From an uncultured virus (IMG/VR IMGVR_UViG_3300021376_000011) (lineage: Duplodnaviria; Heunggongvirae; Uroviricota; Caudoviricetes): 20,000 bases of DNA. The notes under the pieces are model-generated. The model was not told where the DNA came from. It searched no databases and saw only the letters and a program-made list of their open reading frames with translations. Below are positions 15,849 through 20,000 of the stretch, in pieces (positions within the stretch are counted from its first letter, which is position 1; the number at the start of each line of letters is the position of its first letter). The DNA is taken from IMG/VR virus record IMGVR_UViG_3300021376_000011. One strand, given 5' to 3'. A program made the position numbers and the translations under genes.

Positions 15849-15856
15849 TATCTTTG
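15849..15856 (+). promoter_or_regulatory. TAnnTTTG element (Bacteroidota -7 consensus)
   Basis: TATCTTTG 19 nt upstream of the ATG at 15876; no TTTG at canonical spacing. Confidence 0.35.
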
Positions 15857-15875
15857 TATAAATTAACAATCATCA

Positions 15876-16220
15876 ATGGAAAAACACAAGAAGTGCACAG
15901 GATGTAAAGGGGTATTCCCTTTGTCTAATTTCTACAAAAACAAGCTGATTCATGACGGCCACAGTAACTATTGCATTGACTGTACAAAAGTAAATTCAAA
16001 AAAGTACTTTCAAAAGAAGAAAGAACGCACCTACAAGTTGGAAAATGAAAATCTTTTAAAAATGGTTATCTTAAACAACTATCAACAAGAGAACAACTTT
16101 CCGCAAGCGGATAATCTCATGAAAATTCTCATGATTGAAAAAATGTGTAAATCGTTATTGGAGGAAGTTGAGAATTTAAAGCGTAGTTTTGTAAAAACAG
16201 AAAGTGAAGTTGTGGAATAA
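15876..16220 (+). CDS. Zinc-finger protein (CxxC...CxxC) with a C-terminal helical region
   Basis: KKCTGCKGVFPLSNFYKNK...HSNYCIDC, the zinc-finger type often seen N-terminal to phage HNH/endoVII nucleases; no nuclease motif follows. Confidence 0.7.
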   Translation: MEKHKKCTGCKGVFPLSNFYKNKLIHDGHSNYCIDCTKVNSKKYFQKKKERTYKLENENLLKMVILNNYQQENNFPQADNLMKILMIEKMCKSLLEEVENLKRSFVKTESEVVE

Positions 16221-16245
16221 TTATGTACAAACCTAAATTATTGGG

Positions 16246-16253
16246 TATTTATG
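16246..16253 (+). promoter_or_regulatory. TATTTATG motif (putative late promoter)
   Basis: Lies between two plus-strand genes, 21 nt upstream of the ATG at 16275. Confidence 0.5.
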
Positions 16254-16274
16254 TGTATATAATTATTTTTAACA

Positions 16275-17843
16275 ATGAGATTCACAGAAATACTGTTTGA
16301 CACATTATTAGAGGAGGTAAAAAACAAGAAGCTCTTCAACACCCTAATGGATATTTGGAAAACAGAAAGACCAAATATTACAGACGAAGAAGGTGAAGGG
16401 CTTTTTTATGACTTTGCTAAAATAAAAGAAGGTTTAAGGCCTGACCGACCACAAGTATTTACATTTTTAAGTAGATACGACGGTGAACACGGATATCCAA
16501 AATTTGACCCAAATAATTTAAGACAGATTGAAAAATATTCTTATTCTCAATTATCGTTTTTATTAAACGAATTTAGACCTGAAGAAAGAGCAGTTGAGAG
16601 AGATGTTTTTGCCGGTAGTGATACAAAAGCGTCACCAGAGAGAATAGAAGCGTCAAGAAGATTATGGTTTGGTAACGATAATTTAGTATTCGAAAGAGAT
16701 GGTCTTAGGGTTTATGCGATAAGAGACCAACAAATGTCCATACGATATGGATACTGGTATCACACAATGTACAAAAAAGCATTAGGTAGACCTGAACAAT
16801 CTGACAGAGATATTTCTCCATGGTGTGTAACTTGGAGACCTGATATGGGTAAATCAAATATGTGGGGTAATTACCGAGGAGAAAGAACATTTTATTTTGT
16901 TATTGATGAAAATAAAAGTGAAAATGACCCATATTTTATAAGTACAATCCAAAAAGACACAGGAGTTAATACCGGTTTCAGAATTACAAACATGATGAAT
17001 GGTGGTGACCTTGTTAAAACATGGGAAGAGATAGAAGAAATATATCCACAACTTAGAGGCGAAAGAAATATAATAACAACCAAACCATTTTCACAAGAGG
17101 AATTATCTCTAAGAGATGTTGTTGGTCAAATAAACGAAAGAGTTGGTGGACAATACGAATTTAAAAGAATGGAAAAGGGATATAAAAGAGCTTATATCCA
17201 AAACGGTGGAACATTAGCAAAACCGGAATCATGGAGGTCAATGGATGACGAACTACGTAATTTGTATATTGTGTACCCCGAAATAAATCAGTACAACGTT
17301 AAAGAAAGATACGGTAACTTTGATTTCCTCAGTGAAATTAAAAAAGTTGGTAATCAATTTAATTTATTGGACAGAACTTTAAGAGAAAAAGGTATTGGTG
17401 ACGGAGTTGGGACTATCGTTGATTTCTTGATGGCTAACGAATTTAAAATTGCGAGAGTTAGTGGTGATAATAAAAAAATCAGACTATACGAAAGTAAAAT
17501 TAACGGTAAATCAGGATTGTATAACGTGTCGACAAATTCATGGGTAGAAAAAGATGGTAAGGTTTATGAACCAAAATATGTACACATCGATACCGATGTT
17601 TATGTGGATACGGAAGGAAACACATATGTTGTAGATGTTTACAGTACAAGTACTCAAGCAAACGACGACTCTTTCTATTCAGTTTACAGTGTTGGTGATG
17701 AAAATCCGGAATACAACGCACACTTTATGTCATCTAAACAATTTAAGATATTAATGAAAGAATTGTCTCCTGATGATGGTAGTGAACCCGAAACAGACAA
17801 ACCGGGTGATTACACAGATATAAAAGAAAAAAGGGGTTATTAA
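16275..17843 (+). CDS. Large hypothetical phage protein (SPWCVT / TFYFVID motif), possible internal virion protein
   Basis: 522 aa uninterrupted ORF; the function is inferred only from the leader and promoter context. Confidence 0.75.
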   Translation: MRFTEILFDTLLEEVKNKKLFNTLMDIWKTERPNITDEEGEGLFYDFAKIKEGLRPDRPQVFTFLSRYDGEHGYPKFDPNNLRQIEKYSYSQLSFLLNEFRPEERAVERDVFAGSDTKASPERIEASRRLWFGNDNLVFERDGLRVYAIRDQQMSIRYGYWYHTMYKKALGRPEQSDRDISPWCVTWRPDMGKSNMWGNYRGERTFYFVIDENKSENDPYFISTIQKDTGVNTGFRITNMMNGGDLVKTWEEIEEIYPQLRGERNIITTKPFSQEELSLRDVVGQINERVGGQYEFKRMEKGYKRAYIQNGGTLAKPESWRSMDDELRNLYIVYPEINQYNVKERYGNFDFLSEIKKVGNQFNLLDRTLREKGIGDGVGTIVDFLMANEFKIARVSGDNKKIRLYESKINGKSGLYNVSTNSWVEKDGKVYEPKYVHIDTDVYVDTEGNTYVVDVYSTSTQANDDSFYSVYSVGDENPEYNAHFMSSKQFKILMKELSPDDGSEPETDKPGDYTDIKEKRGY

Positions 17844-17855
17844 ACCCCTTTTTTT
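17827..17855. terminator. Bidirectional intrinsic terminator
   Basis: AAAAAAGGGGTT-ATTA-AACCCCTTTTTT(T): a perfect 12-bp inverted repeat with a U-tract in both directions, between convergent genes. Confidence 0.85.
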
Positions 17856-18681
17856 ATGATAACAAAGAATAGTATTCTTTAAAATGTTTTATACGGTCAG
17901 CTAACCCTATTGTACCACCATTTACTCTTTTTGTAATTTTTGTAACCACCGCGTCGGTAGCACCTTCGTCCGCCATTTTGTGTAATCCGTTTTTACTAAA
18001 AAACCAAGCCGCAGATAATAAGGCATATTTTGAAGAAACCAAATCAGGATTTGAAATAACATCCTCATTAATTGCTTTACCGAATGCTGTATAGTTATCC
18101 TTTCCGGTTAATTGAATGTACCCTCTGCCACGAAATTTATACCCTTCTTTTGTTGGTTCAGCACCATTACCCATTCTACCTCCATAAACACGAGATGCAA
18201 TCGCTTCGGGTTTTCTTTGATATTGTTCTGCTAATGCGTCAGTCGGGAAATATTTTCCAAAAATACCTCTTAGACCTTTTGCCGAATAATTTAAATTTTC
18301 TTGTGTCGCCTTAAACCCACCTGATTCGTGACCACATTGTGCTAAAAAATGTGCCAATCTCAATGGTGTGTTTATTTGAAACTTTTGCGCGGTGTCAGGA
18401 ATCAAAGCAATTACCGCATCGGGTATGTGACCTTTTAATTTTTCTAATTTTAAACCACCAACGTTAGGCGCTGGCGACGGTTCGGTGATTACTGTTTGTG
18501 TTGCAAACATTTTAGACCAAGTACCAACACCCACAATTCCGTCCGCTGTTAGTCCATTGGTGGACTGCCATCCTTTAACTGCCAACTCGGTACCACTACC
18601 AAATACACCGTCAGCGGTTAATCCTAATTTTTCTTGTAATTTTTTTACATCTTCACCTGTAGAACCTTTTTTAAGTAACAT
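17854..18681 (-). CDS. Endolysin: N-terminal PG_binding_1 domain plus GH19 (chitinase/lysozyme-like) catalytic domain
   Basis: LKKGSTGEDVKKLQ..LG..ADGVFG..T..AVK.WQ..NGL.ADGIVG..TW; a Pro-rich linker; HFLAQCGHESGGF, ENLNYS, YKFRGRGYIQLTGKDNY, TKRVNGG..GL.DR. Confidence 0.92.
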   Translation of the reverse strand: MLLKKGSTGEDVKKLQEKLGLTADGVFGSGTELAVKGWQSTNGLTADGIVGVGTWSKMFATQTVITEPSPAPNVGGLKLEKLKGHIPDAVIALIPDTAQKFQINTPLRLAHFLAQCGHESGGFKATQENLNYSAKGLRGIFGKYFPTDALAEQYQRKPEAIASRVYGGRMGNGAEPTKEGYKFRGRGYIQLTGKDNYTAFGKAINEDVISNPDLVSSKYALLSAAWFFSKNGLHKMADEGATDAVVTKITKRVNGGTIGLADRIKHFKEYYSLLS

Positions 18682-18711
18682 AGTTTTTTTGTTTAAATTT
18701 GGTTATTTCTA

Positions 18712-18719
18712 AATAAATA
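18712..18719 (-). promoter_or_regulatory. TATTTATT motif (putative late promoter of the endolysin)
   Basis: 30 nt upstream of the ATG at 18681. Confidence 0.45.
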
Positions 18720-18751
18720 TTTTGTAATTATATTCTCTTACCTCATCAAGG

Positions 18752-18759
18752 TATTTATA
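18752..18759 (+). promoter_or_regulatory. TATTTATA motif (putative late promoter)
   Basis: 14 nt upstream of the ATG at 18774. Confidence 0.5.
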
Positions 18760-18773
18760 TATAAAAGAAAAAA

Positions 18774-19346
18774 ATGAAAAAAATTATAGTAACTGAATCA
18801 CAACTAAAACGTTTATTAGATAGAGTAATTACCGAATCATCTATGGATGTTGAGGAAAAATTAGATTACGAAGGGTTTAGTCAAGGTAACGACCTACAAC
18901 AATTAAGAGATGCGATTGATAATAACATTCTTGTTAGTGTCGCATTTGTGAAAAAGGATGGTACTGTTCGTCATATGTCAATTAAAAAATCTCTAAGTTC
19001 ATATGTTGGTAGTGATAGAGAAAAAAGCGAAAAACAAATGAACGTCGAGATGAATAACAACATTAAAAAAGTTGTTGACATGAACTCTTATATCAAAAAG
19101 TTAAAAGAATTAAGAGGAATGGGTGTTGAAGATGAACAAGCTAAAATGGAGGCGGCTAAAGGTGCTTGGAGAAGTATTAATTTAGAAAATGTTTTAGGTT
19201 TTATGGCCAGAGGTAATTTTATTGACTTAAGAAACGATAATGAAATAATGGATAGATTTGGTGAACAAGTATACAATTCTCTAACTAAATCAATGAAAAA
19301 TGTTTTAGCTCAAGACCAAATGGTTAATGAACCAAATGAAGGATAA
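18774..19346 (+). CDS. WYL-like / SH3 beta-barrel (DUF2693-like) protein with an MKKIIVTESQ leader
   Basis: VSVAFVKKDGTVRHM ... AWRSINLEN matches the F.K.DG..R ... WRS pattern. Confidence 0.65.
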   Translation: MKKIIVTESQLKRLLDRVITESSMDVEEKLDYEGFSQGNDLQQLRDAIDNNILVSVAFVKKDGTVRHMSIKKSLSSYVGSDREKSEKQMNVEMNNNIKKVVDMNSYIKKLKELRGMGVEDEQAKMEAAKGAWRSINLENVLGFMARGNFIDLRNDNEIMDRFGEQVYNSLTKSMKNVLAQDQMVNEPNEG

Positions 19347-19409
19347 CCCACACATTTCAATTTAAAAAGTTTATATTTTATTATTCACCACTATCGGTGT
19401 ATAAAATAT

Positions 19410-19592
19410 ATGATAGAATTAAGAAACATTAAATTTTCCAATAAAAAAGTGGTTATGAAACCACAAAATAAAATTGGTATTACAGAAAAATGGACGCCTA
19501 ACTACTCAACGGTTACAGTGTTTCCAGTCCAATACATTATTCACGATGGCATTCCTTACTTTTTACAAACGGTAACAGAAAAAACATCTTAA
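19410..19592 (+). CDS. Small hypothetical protein (uncertain)
   Basis: 60 aa ORF with ATG after an A/T-rich leader; it fills an otherwise empty gap and has no recognisable motif. Confidence 0.35.
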   Translation: MIELRNIKFSNKKVVMKPQNKIGITEKWTPNYSTVTVFPVQYIIHDGIPYFLQTVTEKTS

Positions 19593-19746
19593 TTTAAATT
19601 TATATTAAGATTCTTATAAACGAAGCACAATCAAGGAATATAAATGATAAATTAATTAATTAGACAATTCAAAAACCGAATATGTTATAATTAAAATCAC
19701 CCAACCAACTGTACGTGTTGATATGAAATACTATTATTTTGATGGA

Positions 19747-19754
19747 TATTTATG
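19747..19754 (+). promoter_or_regulatory. TATTTATG motif (putative late promoter)
   Basis: 14 nt upstream of the ATG at 19769. Confidence 0.5.
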
Positions 19755-19768
19755 ATTAAAAATATATT

Positions 19769-20000
19769 ATGAAAATATTAATTACCGAAAACCAATACAA
19801 ATCAGTTATTAAGGAATATTTTGAACCCGATAAACTCTATCATAGAGAAAGTTTGGTTAAGAGACTTTTAGTAAAAAATCAAAAAGGTTATTATGTTGTA
19901 CCTAAAGAAATTAGAGACATAATAGAAAAACTACCATACATTGATTGTTATGACCAAGGAGGTATTAAACAAACATGCACTAAAATACCAGAAGTTTTAT
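19769..20000 (+). CDS. Hypothetical protein with an MKILITENQ leader, partial (continues past the right edge)
   Basis: Not in the ORF track; translated by hand: MKILITENQYKSVIKEYFEPDKLYHRESLVKRLLVKNQKGYYVVPKEIRDIIEKLPYIDCYDQGGIKQTCTKIPEVL, open to the window end. Confidence 0.8.
   Translation, partial: MKILITENQYKSVIKEYFEPDKLYHRESLVKRLLVKNQKGYYVVPKEIRDIIEKLPYIDCYDQGGIKQTCTKIPEVL

Noticed and set aside
16705..19276. Short ORFs at 16705, 16854, 16892, 17500, 18072, 18485 and 19088
   Set aside because: All are antisense to longer, motif-bearing genes.
19593..19746. Possible ncRNA or small ORF in the gap of about 150 nt (includes an AATTAATTAATT run)
   Set aside because: No convincing stem structure or ORF; low-complexity AT palindromes are expected by chance.
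1..20000. Stop-codon reassignment (alternative genetic code)
   Set aside because: Genes tile densely and domains are complete under the standard code; TAG and TGA end genes at plausible positions (378, 14232, 15213).
1..20000. CRISPR arrays, tRNAs, rRNA, IS elements or introns
   Set aside because: No regularly spaced repeats, cloverleaf-like segments, transposase/integrase motifs or interrupted genes were seen by eye; intergenic gaps are short.

Overview
AT-rich, densely packed window that most likely comes from a large (jumbo-type) tailed bacteriophage. Evidence: a peptidoglycan-binding/GH19 endolysin, many short hypothetical genes with frequent strand switches, translationally coupled operons, no Shine-Dalgarno motifs and no cellular housekeeping context. 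Left half (1-9923, all minus strand): one operon of at least 11 glycan-synthesis genes. It holds two tandem GT60 (Gnt1/Skp1 GlcNAc-transferase-like) paralogs, two SAM methyltransferases, a putative GT-B protein, an SGNH protein, two GT-A paralogs, a His-type PLP/PMP sugar 3-dehydratase, an NDP-glucose 4,6-dehydratase and a transketolase N-terminal subunit that runs off the edge. Right half: an IMPDH/GMP reductase, a ribbon-helix-helix protein, DUF1599/Nmad1, a zincin, a signal-peptide-bearing non-specific endonuclease, a P-loop kinase, a membrane-anchored coiled coil, a T5orf172/GIY-YIG-like protein, a zinc-finger protein, the endolysin and several proteins with a shared N-terminal leader. Two promoter-like motif classes are visible: host-type TTG-N19/20-TAnnnT, and a recurrent TATTTAT just upstream of 8 starts (putative late promoter). 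All family assignments come from motif recognition by eye; no database search was run.
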